From Laetmonice hystrix (lineage: Eukaryota): 64,000 nucleotides of DNA. The notes under the pieces were generated by a model, which was given only the letters and a program-made list of their open reading frames with translations, was not told the origin of the DNA and made no database searches. Positions within the stretch are counted from its first letter, which is position 1. Every line of letters begins with the position of its first letter. Both the position numbers and the translations under genes were made by a program. Positions 39,176 through 51,581 of the stretch are shown here, piece by piece. Location: NCBI GenBank assembly GCA_965235115.1, contig OZ249446.1, positions 930,001 to 994,000 of the forward strand, given 5' to 3'.

Positions 39176-41014
39176 GTATATAGGAATCGGGACGAAGATG
39201 ATAATAGTATTAATTGCACTGAGTATAATGATTGGCCTAGAGAATCTCTCGTGGCATGTCTCTTTATTTGGAGACTCCAGCTGTAATTTCACATCCTACA
39301 ACCACGAAATCATTTATCTGGCGACTTCACATGTATTTGTCTCTCCATCTGTAGCAATTATTATTTTAAATTTGGATCAATATTAGTCCAAAGTTAAATG
39401 CAACATGCTAGGCGAAGTTGGGATCAGGTTGGCCGTTTATGAATTGATCATAAAGAAATGATTTCAATAATCTATTTCTCACTACTGTCGTCAGAATTAA
39501 CAAGGACACGGTCAGTGACGACCCCCCCCCCCCCCCACCCACACACACACACACCGGCTAAATGTATATATTGTTAGATGACTTTCTGCTGATACCTTTA
39601 ACACGCGCCCACAAACATACGATCACATGTATGGACCAATGACACTGAAGGACACAAAGGGTGTATGTCAGAATTAAGTCTGAAGTAAAACTAATGGATA
39701 CAGAGACCACTTAGCTGTTTACAGCCAATGTTATACGGAGTAGGCCTTAGTGTCTCTATCAGCGCTATACCCGTCTGTATCAGTATAGGTGGGTCGATGA
39801 AAGAGATGGCGGTACGTTAACAGTTACGGCAGACTAAGGACGGTATTCAAACATGGAGAGGTTATCATTGACATCGGTTAGTCAATGTTATCAGCCATTG
39901 TGATAAGACGGGCGTACAGTAGCTGGTCTTATTCCCATCATAGTCTTTAATTCTTCACACAACCAATGAATAGAAAACTTACTTACTATTATATGTTATC
40001 TTAATTATAGTTAATCTTCTATTTATAGATATAACACTTTTGTATATATTTTTTGTTTGTTTGTCTATACTTATATCTACATACGTATAGGGAGTGTATT
40101 GCAGCAGACATCTGTCACTAGTGTTTGTAAAACACACTCAAGTTTGTGTGTGCAAGCCTTTATTGTATTATCGGTTCAAAAGATTCTGTCAGTCGTAAGA
40201 GATCCGACGTTTTATTTGAACCTTATTTTATAGTTCAGTGTTTGGGGGGCGGTGACATTGTTCACAAACAAACGAAGACCATGGTAAGAGATCTATAAAT
40301 AACCATACAGATACGATAAGTAATGGAAATCATATAAATTTATTCTCTGTAACAATCCTTTCGTACATCCACTCATATTCACAAACATATCTTCAAGCTT
40401 ACAGAAAGTCAACAATCGGTCCGTATACAATGTGGTATATATGTACAGATACGTTCTATATACAATCTTCTTTTGACTCTTTACAAAGTTTGCAGGTTAG
40501 TATGTCAGTAGTATACAAGATATATACAAATAAATAGTCCGCTGTGTCCCCCGAGAAGTTATGGAAGCTTATCGTCATTGAGCAATCTGTAAGTTAACAT
40601 TTGGAATGTATAATTTGTGTCAAGGTTTTCACCGATGGGAAGTGTATTTTGGTTTGTAATGTCATGTAATGCGGTAATTTAGCGGTCCCGTGCGACGCTT
40701 GAGATCTGGCGTCAGCTAGCGTCATCTAGCGTCAGCTTGCGTCAGGAAGTGACTGTCTTCACTGACCGTGAAGACCGCCTTGCTGGTGGCGCCGCCTGTG
40801 GCCAGCACAGGAATCATACTGGGCGCGGATTGACCGACCGTGATCACATAGACCCACGTGTCTGATTGGTTGATGAACGTTCACACAAAGTTCCGCTGTA
40901 ACTGGACATTTCTGGACGTTGAGAAGGTCACTGTCTATCCGCCCAGTCGCCAGCCTACCAAGGCACGGGAGGAGATAAATGTTTTCATCGTTATCAAAGT
41001 TTCCACGATCGGTC

Positions 41015-41202
41015 TCATAGTTGAATGGTGTCCGATTCGAGTGTCTGTGGTAGAAGAGTTGCGTCCACACTCTCTGGTACCCATAATTTAGCCACTAACC
41101 GACCGTTAGGGCCAACCTTGGGTTGTTTCTCGTCTGTCCACGACAACGAGTGGCCATAGAGCGGGAAACTGCCGCTAGTGTCGCCACTGTAGTCTGGAGA
41201 AC
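41015..41202 (-). CDS. PTF1A: Ptf1a-family bHLH, coding exon 2 (C-terminal RBPJ/Su(H)-binding motifs)
   Basis: The acceptor is ttctctgttctcttgtcctcag|GT at 41203/41202, phase-compatible with exon 1 (481+188=669 nt, 222 aa plus stop). It encodes GSPDYSGDTSGSFPLYGHSLSWTDEKQPKVGPNGRLVAKLWVPESVDATLLPQTLESDTIQL*. GHSLSWTDEKQ and AKxWxPE are the PTF1A C1 and C2 motifs. Confidence 0.92.
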
Positions 41203-41237
41203 CTGAGGACAAGAGAACAGAGAATTAGTTTACAGCC

Positions 41238-41475
41238 TCTCGTTAGATTCTTGTATAGTTGTATAGAAATAACTCAAATAAACTCACGACATTCACAAGG
41301 ATATTGTTATTGTTAAGAAAGGAGTGTGCTTAGAATTTTAATAAAGGTCATGAGATTCTCGTTAGATTCTTGTATAATTGTACAGAAATAACTCAAATAA
41401 ACTCACGACATTCACAAGGATATTGTTATTGTTAAGAAAGGAGTGTGCTTAGAATTTTAATAAAGGTCATGAGAT
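41238..41475. repeat. 119-bp direct tandem duplication in the Ptf1a intron
   Basis: TCTCGTTAGATTCTTGTATA starts at 41238 and at 41357, and the copies are near-identical. Confidence 0.93.
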
Positions 41476-42719
41476 GACAACACAACATTAAACTGGCGAT
41501 CAGATTTCAAGTTGTACCAATGTGGGTAACAATAAGACAGGCACGGGGTAATAATGAATGCTTGTGGTAGTGTGGAAACGTGATGAGTTGTCGTCAACAA
41601 ATCTACACTGCCACGAAACAGATCCCTTTTGTGGTGAGCGCGGATTTAGGCGCGGGGACGTGTTTGTCCCGATCGAGACCGACAGAGGGAGCCACAGGCA
41701 CGACTCGGCCTCGTGTCCTTTGAGTCGGGCTTACAGTGGGCAATCGGCGCACTGACACAATATGGCGGCCAGGGGAGCCGGCCAGACTCAAACATTAATC
41801 AATAAGACGTGGAAACCGTCAGGTGCCAGCGACCGGAATTATTAACGACTCAGACAAAGCGCGACTCTTGAGTTAATTGTCCGCTTGAGTGGCGAGCTCC
41901 CTGTCGTCTGCTCCCAAACGACGTCACGCGGCGGAAGTTGAGGTAAACAACGGATTGAACTGATTGGTGCCTTAACACGGCGCCCAATCTGGGCCGCGGG
42001 AGTGAGGGGGGGGGGTGTACGGATCTTACGAAGGATAAAGTTATAGAGGTTGTATCTTTGATGGAAATGACAGTTGATGGTTTGACACGAGATCGACCGG
42101 TGTCAAGGATCTATGGAGACGTTCGGCACGTGTACATACGTCAGAGGTGATAACGGTTCAAACATTAAATCAGACGTACTAATTCACACACAGCCGCCGG
42201 TTGCAGGAAGTAATGGTACCTTCTCAACATGTGATAATTTCCCTATATCTGAATCGTACTAAATCTTTAAAGTGTACACATACGATATCTGCTATCTTTG
42301 TTTCATGTCGACGAAGATGTAAAAAAGGAGGTTGATTGCGATAGCCACCTGTCGGGATATGTAAGAGTTAAAGTGTCGACCACACCACATATAGCACCGC
42401 GATAAGAACTTGTTCCCAGCGTGTGAACACACTTTCTATCTATTATCACATCAGTGTCGGAGCTTGATGTCACTGCATTGCGAACCTTCATCACGACTGT
42501 GTCAATTGGTGACACTATATCTACAATAAGTGTCCCCGGCCCCGTCTGCATAATCTTTACCCTTCTCGACAGAAGTCTTTTATATCTATACGTGTTATGA
42601 AGGTTATTGTTCGCGGCAAAAACTGTTCTAAATAATGCGCAATTAGGAGTGGCAAAATAATAATTATGGTAAGTCGGACAAGTATGGTACACATCTTTTA
42701 GGCTTTGCAATTTATCATA

Positions 42720-43893
42720 GAGATGTCTGAGATGGGGTAGTGTATCAGAGATATGTCTGAGACGGTCCAGTGTATCAATGATATGTCTGAGACGGTCCAG
42801 TATATCAATGATATGTCTGAGACGGTCCAGTGTATCAATGATATGTCTGAGACGGTCCAGTATATCAATGATATGTCTGAGACGGTCCAGTGTATCAATG
42901 ATATGTCTGAGACGGTCCAGTGTATCAATGATATGTCTGAGACGGTCCAGTGTATCAATGATATGTCTGAGACGGTCCAGTGTATCAATGATATGTCTGA
43001 GACGGTCCAGTGTATCAATGATATGTCTAAGACGGCCCAGTGTATCACAGAGATGTCTAAGACGGCCCAGTGTATCATTGACATGTCTAAGACGGCCCAG
43101 TGTATCACAGAGATGTCTAAGACGGCCCAGTGTATCAGAGAGATGTCTAAGACGGCCCAGTGTATCACCGATGTCTAAGACGGCCCAGTGTATCACCGAT
43201 GTCTAAGACGGCCCAGTGTATCACAGAGATGTCTAAGACGGCCCAGTGTATCACCGATGTCTAAGACGGTCCAGTGTATCAGTGACATGTCTAAGACGGC
43301 CCAGTGTATCAGTGACATGTCTAAGACGGCCCAGTGTATCAGAGAGATGTCTAAGACGGCCCAGTGTATCAGAGAGATGTCTAAGACGGCCCAGTGTATC
43401 ACCGATGTCTAAGACGGCCCAGTCTATCATTGACATGTCTAAGACGAGGCAGTGTATCAGAGAGATGTCTAAGACGGCCCAGTGTATCACCGATGTCTAA
43501 GACGGCCCAGTGTATCAGAGAGATGTCTAAGACGGCCCAGTGTATCACCGATGTCTAAGACGGCCCAGTGTATCACCGATGTCTAAGACGGCCCAGTGTA
43601 TCACAGAGATGTCTAAGACGGCCCAGTGTATCACCGATGTCTAAGACGGTCCAGTGTATCAGTGACATGTCTAAGACGGCCCAGTGTATCAGTGACATGT
43701 CTAAGACGGCCCAGTGTATCAGAGAGATGTCTAAGACGGCCCAGTGTATCAGTGACATGTCTAAGACGGCCCAGTGTATCAGTGACATGTCTAAGACGGC
43801 CCAGTGTATCAGCGATGTCTAAGACGGCCCAGTGTATCAGTGACATGTCCAAGACGGGGCAGTGTATCACCGATGTCTAAGACGGGGCAGTGT
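42720..43893. repeat. Intronic minisatellite, 28/30-bp unit (GATGTCTAAGACGGCCCAGTGTATCA)
   Basis: About 40 copies. A block is duplicated at a 380-bp offset (identical ORF starts at 43188/43568 and 43246/43626). Confidence 0.96.
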
Positions 43894-43919
43894 GATGACG
43901 TAATAACATTATTACATAC

Positions 43920-44400
43920 CTGTGCCGTGACACCGAATGATGACCTTGGCTGCGTCCTGCTCGGCGTTGTTTGTCATTGATCCGTCCACCTCGCCGCAGG
44001 CGGTAACCATCTCCGACAGGTGATGGATGTACCGGATGGCCAGTCTCAGAGTGTCCACCTTAGATAGTTTACGATCTCCAGACGCCAGCGGAATCCGCTC
44101 TCTCAGACCCTCGAACGCCTCGTTAATGGTCTTCATTCGCCTCCTCTCTCGATGGTTGGCGGCGGTCCGCTGCTGGAGACGTTTCACCGGATTCTTGGTT
44201 GGTCGCCGGACCATGACGGGTGGTGAGCCGGAGTCTGAGCCGGCCCGGGGGACCAGCCCCTCCAGGTCCGGTACGTTCTCCTGGTCATCCAGTGATGACG
44301 ACATTGGGGACCAGGCCGAGGTGGAGGATTCCATGTCACTTAGCTCGGTGGAGTCCATGGGACTACCACAGAACTGCTGCCAAAACGTCATATCCATCAT
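43920..44400 (-). CDS. PTF1A: Ptf1a-family (pancreas transcription factor 1a / Fer1-like) bHLH transcription factor, coding exon 1
   Basis: The ORF contains the b[61 protein letters not shown], followed by KVIIRCHGT, which matches the PTF1A KVIICHRGT segment as I recall it. The likely start is ACC-ATG-ATG at 44400, downstream of a TATA box. The donor ACAG|GTATGT is at 43920/43919 (phase 1). Confidence 0.9.
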
Positions 44401-44469
44401 GGTGGTGGTATAGGGTGGGGAAGGGATGCTAGAGATGTTGGGAGTTTCTCTGGCACACTCCTGGCTCGT

Positions 44470-44660
44470 TCTGCTCAGGTCGGACACGCGCGCCCATTTT
44501 ATAGCTAAACACGCGTAAACACGAGACACGTGTATTGTGACGCCGGGAACCAATCAGCGCTCAGCATGACGCCGACCCGCGTGGCAGCTCTCTCGTCACT
44601 CGGTTAGCCCCGCCCCCTGCCGCGTTCTCTGACGGCACGTGACCAGCAGTAACCAATCAC
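44470..44660 (-). promoter_or_regulatory. Proximal promoter of the Ptf1a-like gene
   Basis: TATAAAA lies on the minus strand at 44503-44497, about 100 nt upstream of the ATG. CCAAT boxes are at 44550-44554 and 44653-44657, CACGTG E-boxes at 44527-44532 and 44636-44641, and the region is CpG-rich. Confidence 0.7.
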
Positions 44661-45204
44661 AGTCACCCGTCTACCTGTGCTCGGTGTCGGCGCGTGGCGC
44701 GGCAGTAACCGAGAATAGCAGGCACGGTTCGATGTGCGAAACTCGGGAGAAATCACCCAACCACGAGATTTCCCGGACTCCCGGACCCCCCGGACACCCC
44801 CCCCCCCCCCCCCCGCCGCCCCCGGCGTTCGTCTAATTGGTGAGCGGATGGAGACATGTCTAACGCCATCCTGAAACCGGGGTTGAACCTGAGTCCATCC
44901 GTTCGTAAATTGGTAAAACATCTTTGCGCGTCTGTCGTACGTCAAGTGTCAGAGTGCTAATCCATTTATAACATCTCCCAATTCTGTTGTCTGACACTTC
45001 GACCGTATGGAGACCTGCCCTTCATATACACGTGTCCTGGGTGGGTGGGGATTACCTACCCTTTATATATGTGTCCCGGGCGGGGGAGGGGGCATAGAGA
45101 CACAGGAGTCGGGTGAGACATGCATGCAGTGATCTCAACACTATATCTGCTACAAACGTGCCTGATTCACCTCACCGTCCAAAATGGAGGTTCATTTGTT
45201 AATG

Positions 45205-45935
45205 AACACACGGAACTATAATGGACGTTGCCCAGTTGTACGTTTATAGATGTGCACAGATAGCCTCGGCTCCTGATATAATGGACGTTGTCCAGTTGCA
45301 CGTTTATAGATGTGCGCCTCAGCTCCTGATATAATGGACGTTGTCCAGTTATACGTTTATAGAATGATGTGCACAGATAACCTCAACTCCTGATATAATG
45401 GACGTTGTCCAGTTATACGTTTATAGAATAATGTGCACAGATAGCCTCAGCTCCTGATATAATGGACGTTGTCCAGTTGCACGTTTATAGATGTGCACAG
45501 ATAGCCTCAGCTCCTGATATAATGGACGTTGCCCAGTTGTACGTTTATAGAATAATGTGCACAGATAGCCTCAGCTCCTGATATAATGGACGTTGTCCAG
45601 TTGCACGTTTATAGATGTGCGCCTCAGCTCCTGATATAATGGACGTTGTCCAGTTATACGTTTATAGAATGATGTGCACAGATAGCCTCAGCTCCTGATA
45701 TAATGGACGTTGTCCAGTTATACGTTTATAGAATGATGTGCACAGATAACCTCAACTCCTGATATAATGGACGTTGTCCAGTTGCACGTTTATAGATGTG
45801 CACAGATAGCCTCAGCTCCTGATATAATGGACGTTGTCCAGTTGCACGTTTATAGATGTGCACAGATAACCTCAGCTCCTGATATAATGGACGTTGTCCA
45901 GTTGCACGTTTATAGAATGAAGTGCACAGATAACT
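45205..45935. repeat. Minisatellite, about 60-bp unit TGATATAATGGACGTTGTCCAGTTGCACGTTTATAGATGTGCACAGATAGCCTCAGCTCC, with 52-65-bp variants
   Basis: About 12 copies, 0.7-1.4 kb upstream of the Ptf1a promoter. Confidence 0.93.
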
Positions 45936-46642
45936 TCATATTACCTCCCTTTTTCGTGAAGTTCTGTCGTCGATCACCACCACCACCACCCCTCACCCCC
46001 CCCCCACTAACTTGCCCCCCCCCCCCACTATCCTGGGTCACACACACACCTACACCCCCCCCCCCCACACACACACACACCCACCCACTCCCTGGGGCAC
46101 ACGTCTCAAGACGTCTATACAGAAGTATGATGTCCTAAATGACGGGAGTGGGACCTCTATACATAATAATGATCACTGGTTGACATACTTCATATAATCA
46201 AAGATTGATGACATCTTTGTTTACATATACAGGTGGGTACGTGGGTCTGTCATAGGTCTATTGTAACGTGACAGGGGATGTAGCAGGGTGAGTTTAGGTG
46301 TCCTGACTTTATCTGGTACGACTTACGGCTCCGCTATTATCTGTTAATAAATCGGAGGGTATAATCCCTACCCCTGCCTCGTACCCTCAGGGTGTACGGG
46401 CCCACTCAGGAGACATTATAGTATAGCGGTCAGTCTATACCCACTGCATCATACGTTTTGGGCCAAGGGCCATCAGGTAGGGTGTAAGGTGAGGGTGAAG
46501 GGTTGAACCCTCACGCTGAGCACCCTGCCGTGTGTGTGGAGGGTCACTGAGTGAGGGTACTCCACGGACCCATAGACGGAGGTCCGCCGACCGTCCCCTC
46601 CCCCGGCCTGACCTCGACACGTGCCGGGGACCCCCTCTCCCC

Positions 46643-47385
46643 NNNNNNNNNNNNNNNNNNNNNNNNNNNNNNNNNNNNNNNNNNNNNNNNNNNNNNNNNN
46701 NNNNNNNNNNNNNNNNNNNNNNNNNNNNNNNNNNNNNNNNNNNNNNNNNNNNNNNNNNNNNNNNNNNNNNNNNNNNNNNNNNNNNNNNNNNNNNNNNNNN
46801 NNNNNNNNNNNNNNNNNNNNNNNNNNNNNNNNNNNNNNNNNNNNNNNNNNNNNNNNNNNNNNNNNNNNNNNNNNCGGGGCCGGGTGTGCGGGCCGGGGCC
46901 GGGGCCGGGTGTGGGGGCTCAGGGCCGGGTGTGGGAGCTCAGGGCCGGGTGTGGGGGCTCAGGGCCGGGGCCGGGTGTGGGGGCTCAGGGCCGGGTATGG
47001 GGGCTCAGGGCCGAGTGTGGGGGCTCAGGGCCGGGGCCGGGTGTGGGGGCTCAGGGCTGGGGCCGGGGCCGGGGGCTCAGGGCCGGGGCCGGGTGTAGGG
47101 GCTCAGGGCCGGGGCCGGGTGTGGGGGCCGGGGCCGGGGCCGGGTGTGGGGGTTCAGGGCCGGGTGTGGGGGCCGGGTGTGGGGGCNNNNNNNNNNNNNN
47201 NNNNNNNNNNNNNNNNNNNNNNNNNNNNNNNNNNNNNNNNNNNNNNNNNNNNNNNNNNNNNNNNNNNNNNNNNNNNNNNNNNNNNNNNNNNNNNNNNNNN
47301 NNNNNNNNNNNNNNNNNNNNNNNNNNNNNGCCAGGTGTGGGGGCCAGGGCCGGGGCCGGGGCCGGGGCCGGGGCCGGGGCCGGGA
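46643..47385. repeat. Very GC-rich repeat (AGGGCCGGGTGTGGGGGCTC / GGGGCC units) interrupted by two assembly gaps (N at 46643-46874 and 47187-47329)
   Basis: Visible directly in the sequence. The true length is unknown. Confidence 0.9.
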
Positions 47386-48139
47386 AATGCCGGGAAATAT
47401 GTAGAAAGCACTGCTGAAGCCGCCTATCTCCGCCTATACCCGCCCGTCGTCCGCCTATCCCCCAAGCCTGTACCCTGAACGTCCTGCAGCCGGTGACGCC
47501 CACTTCAAAGCGAGGCTTTCTCTTCACGCTCCAATGACGGAGGCCCACAGGGCGTGCATTGTTTGTGACGTACCCTCCTTCAGCCGACCGCGTCCCTATG
47601 GTTTCATACAATTGTCGTATGCTCCTTGTTTGCCCATCACCTGAAGGTATTTGTGCGCAGTCCCCTTTTATCGCTCAGATAACGGCACCGCCACCGTATG
47701 TTTTGATGGCCAGTCGGTGTCGGCGGGACATTCACCGTCTGTAGTTTTGGGGGCTATTCGCCCCATTACATGGACGTGTGAATCCAAACCTTGTTAAGAA
47801 TCTGTTCTAAAGGCAAGTCAACACGCCAGACGAAAGACGAGCAGCGTCTGATAAGAAGCGCCAGTCCACCAGTATAAGCGTCGGCGCTTTGATGGCAGAC
47901 GCGCTCCATTGTTTGCGGCACACTTACATATTCTCAAGTATAGATCTCTATCTAAGTTTGTATCTATACAGTGAGGCCTCTCCAGTCTGTAAATACGGCT
48001 CTTTTTTATGGAACGCCAAAAAGGATGCATAAACACAAAGAAAGTACGGCCCGATGAACTATATCGGAACTTTTACAAAACCGCTCTCCAGTTATTGTGA
48101 TGAAGATTTACTTTCTTTAGCTTTAATCGACGCCGATTT

Positions 48140-48988
48140 CAAACTATAGTATACATCATTCAACCATGTCATATGACGCCAATCAGACTATAGTATACAT
48201 CATTCAACCATGTCATATGACGCCAATCAGACTTTCGTATACATCATTCAACAATGTCATATGACGCCAATCAGACTTTCGTATACGTCATTCAACCATG
48301 TCATATGACGCCAATCAGACTTTCGTATACATCATTTAACCATGTCATATGACGCCAATCAGACTTTCGTATACATCATTCAACCATGTCATGTGACGCC
48401 AATCAGACTTCCGTATACGTCATTCAACAATGTCATATGACGCCAATCAGACTTTCGTATACGTCATTCAACCATGTCATATGACGCCAATCAGACTTTC
48501 GTATACATCATTTAACCATGTCATATGACGCCAATCAGACTTTCGTATACATCATTCAACCATGTCATGTGACGCCAATCAGACTTTCGTATACATCATT
48601 CAACCATGTCATGTGACGCCAATCAGACTTCCGTATACGTCATTCAACCATGTCATATGACGCCAATCAGACTTTCGTATACATCATTCAACCATGTCAT
48701 ATGACGCCAATCAGACTTTCGTATACATCATTCAACCATGTCATATGACGCCAATCAGACTTTCGTATACATCATTCAACCATGTCATATGACGCCAATC
48801 AGACTTTCGTATACATCATTCAACCATGTCATATGACGCCAATCAGACTTTCGTATACATCATTCAACCATGTCATATGACGCCAATCAAACTATAGTAT
48901 ACATCATTCAACAATGTCATATGACGCCAATCAGACTTTCGTATACATCATTCAACCATGTCATATGACGCCAATCAGACTTCCGTAT
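48140..48988. repeat. Minisatellite, 44-bp unit CCAATCAGACTTTCGTATACATCATTCAACCATGTCATATGACG
   Basis: About 19 copies. Confidence 0.97.
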
Positions 48989-49127
48989 TATTGATAGGTG
49001 AGCGTCAAATCGTTTCTGTGACATCAAGGAGTCTGATCACCCCGACAAGTGGTGTGTGACAGAAGGTGTACCTACAGATAATCATGTCAGCTTCCCCATA
49101 TTAGTTATTTATTTAATTAGTAATTTA

Positions 49128-49625
49128 TATCCTCACACCAAAGGCCTTGGGTCTAGACTATTTACACAAAATGTCCTTTCGTCAGCCCCCTCACACTAAA
49201 GGCCTTGGGTCTAGACTATTTACACAAAATGTCCTTTCGTCAACTCCCTCACACCAAAGGCCTTGGGTTTAGACTATTTACACAAAATGTCCTTTCGTCA
49301 ACTCCCTCACACCAAAGGCCTTGGGTTTAGACTATTTACACAAAATGTCCTTTCATCAGCCCCCTCACACCAAAGGCCTTGGGTTTAGACTATTTACACA
49401 AAATGTCCTTTCGTTAGCTCCCTCACACCAAAGGCCTTGGGTCTAGACTATTTACACAAAATGTCCTTTCGTTAGCTCCCTCACACCAAAGGCCTTGGGT
49501 CTAGACTATTTACACAAAATGTCCTTTCTTCAACTCCCTCACACCAAAGGTGTTGGGTCTAGACTATTTACACAAAATGTCCTTTCGTCAGCCCCCTCCC
49601 ACCAAAGACCTTGGGCCTAGACTAT
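49128..49625. repeat. Minisatellite, 58-bp unit CCTCACACCAAAGGCCTTGGGTCTAGACTATTTACACAAAATGTCCTTTCGTCAACTC
   Basis: About 8.5 copies. Confidence 0.94.
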
Positions 49626-49779
49626 GTCTACCTCTTAACGAGGAGTTCGCCATGTAAAACGGAAACTGTCGTGTATCCTGACATGTGAAAATATCCATGG
49701 TTTATCCACGACATATCCCGTTATATCCCGCCCTAACAATACACCCAGCCACGCATGACCTGCCCCCAGCCCTCCAGCC

Positions 49780-49900
49780 ATGCGTGGTCCGAGATCTACC
49801 AGCCATGCGTGATCAGAGATCTACCCGCCATGCGTGGTCAGATATCTATACCAGCCATGCGTGGTCAGATATCTATACCAGCCATGCGTGGTCAGATCTC
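49780..49900. repeat. Short 27-bp repeat CCAGCCATGCGTGGTCAGATATCTATA
   Basis: About 4-5 copies. Confidence 0.85.
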
Positions 49901-51581
49901 TGACCAATATATCCATCCCAGGTCAGATCCTTGGCTTCAGTCCCCGGATGTAACCGTCAGAGCTGGCTGTCACGTGGATTAAAACGTCAACCAATGAGAA
50001 CAAAGATTACAATGCCCCGGCTCGCCCCGGCTGGTCGCCCAGTGCCAGTGTGGCCACGATCAGGGGGTGGGCGTCGAGTTGATTAGTTTAGTTAGTAAGT
50101 GAGTTGTCACAATTGTTGGCCAAGGTGTGAACGGTCCATTGCGCTGAGGTCAATGGTAGTAGGAGTGTGACTTTGTTTGCAAGCAGATGGGACTTGGTTG
50201 TGTTTATGCTCGAGTTGACTACACCGTTACTGACGGCAAACGGTTCAAGTTAATGACAGGATACATGGAGACCAACTACCGACACGTCTCAGTCTAACAA
50301 ACCGGGCCTCTCATTTCCTGTTGTATTACTGAACCTCTTAGTGAAACAGTTACTGTTAGCACTTACTGATTGCTCTATAATTACCAAGTATTCTGGCCGA
50401 GTAACTAACCACATTATAATAAATACAACCGCCTTCTCTAACAAACACAGTTTAAACACATGTAAGTTGTATTTAAAGATAAAACAAACCTTGAGTCCGT
50501 CAGAACTTGTTCCGTATAAAGTCCCCCGAGTATGAAGTCCCCGTGTATACTCCGCACTGGCTACTTTGATGCGGCGCTTCCTACAGAACACAAAAAGATG
50601 TTGAGAGTTCTTGAGTTGGGACTCAGTGCCCAGGGGGTCAGGGTTTCCACGTGTCCACGTGGCCACTCAGTCTGGGTGGACATTGTCTCTGGACTGTGTC
50701 CGGTAAACATCAAAGGTCACGTGCTATTGGCACTATCAGTTTCAATACCCTCTTGTGCATAGTGAAATCTCCACTCAGGAAACAAACGGAGCAGTTTTAC
50801 TTTTAATATACAGTTCAAAGGGACCACACTGCAACTAATTAAAGCCTAATTGTAGACCGGGAAACAAAAGTATTGGATCACCTACTGGAGTTTTTCTATA
50901 CGCTGATATTTTAATCCTACATGCCTGGTATAATCCTCCCGAAGGACAGACAGTTTATATTAATTTTAACCTGCATAACCAGGGAATCTAGGTCCGACAG
51001 ATCTCAATTCCTTTCACACCTGGTTTCGATACACTGTGCGAGCCACACGTGTGACGTCACCACGAGCCTCAAATACCTGGGGAATCCCTCACACACGGGC
51101 GTGACACGCGCGTTCCAAACGTGTATCTGCTGTCTCAATGTGGTCGCCGGACCACAGCCAGACAACATTACGTAAGTGAATAGTGACGAACGGAAAGCGC
51201 ACCTATCTGGAGTCGACTCACATTGCACCCGGACGAGCCTACAAATCCGTCTGTAATTCGTTCGACATAACCAAAATTTAACTCAATAAAAAGACAGTCG
51301 GTAAAGTCCATTTTCACATCTCAACATGTCCCCACACATCAGCCGAGATTTTCCCAGGTGTTGTCAGTCCAGTACTTGACCCACACTCCAGAGATATCAA
51401 AGGATTCTGTCCCGTCGTTAAGTGCGCTTTACGTTAAGAGACAGTGTCATATGTTTGTTGGGTTTTGTTTCCCTCACCCCCTACAGTCCTGACTTGTTTG
51501 TTCGTCTCACCTGGGAACCAAAGTCAATACCTCATCCGTCACCGAGTGGTTGAAACCCTGTCTGAGTGGTGGTCATCGCTT

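Noticed and set aside
25660-39219. Long repetitive ORFs (291 aa at 25660, 320 aa at 36397, 394 aa at 38035, and similar ones at 2960-3870, 7466-8330, 13760-16191, 20463-21582, 22226-22850, 27526-28231) as repeat proteins
   Set aside because: They arise wherever a monomer lacks a stop in one frame. Variation among copies shows no codon pattern, indel variants break frames in sister arrays, and no domain is recognisable.
42303-42720. Non-repeat part (about 135 aa) of the 297-aa intronic minus ORF as a nested gene or alternative exon
   Set aside because: It has no recognisable motif, its start lies inside a minisatellite, and a few open stretches of this length are expected by chance in this much sequence.
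44401-44553. N-terminal extension of the Ptf1a ORF from 44553
   Set aside because: The extension spans the TATA box (44503-44497) and the CCAAT box, so it lies upstream of or across the probable TSS. The ATG at 44400 has good context.
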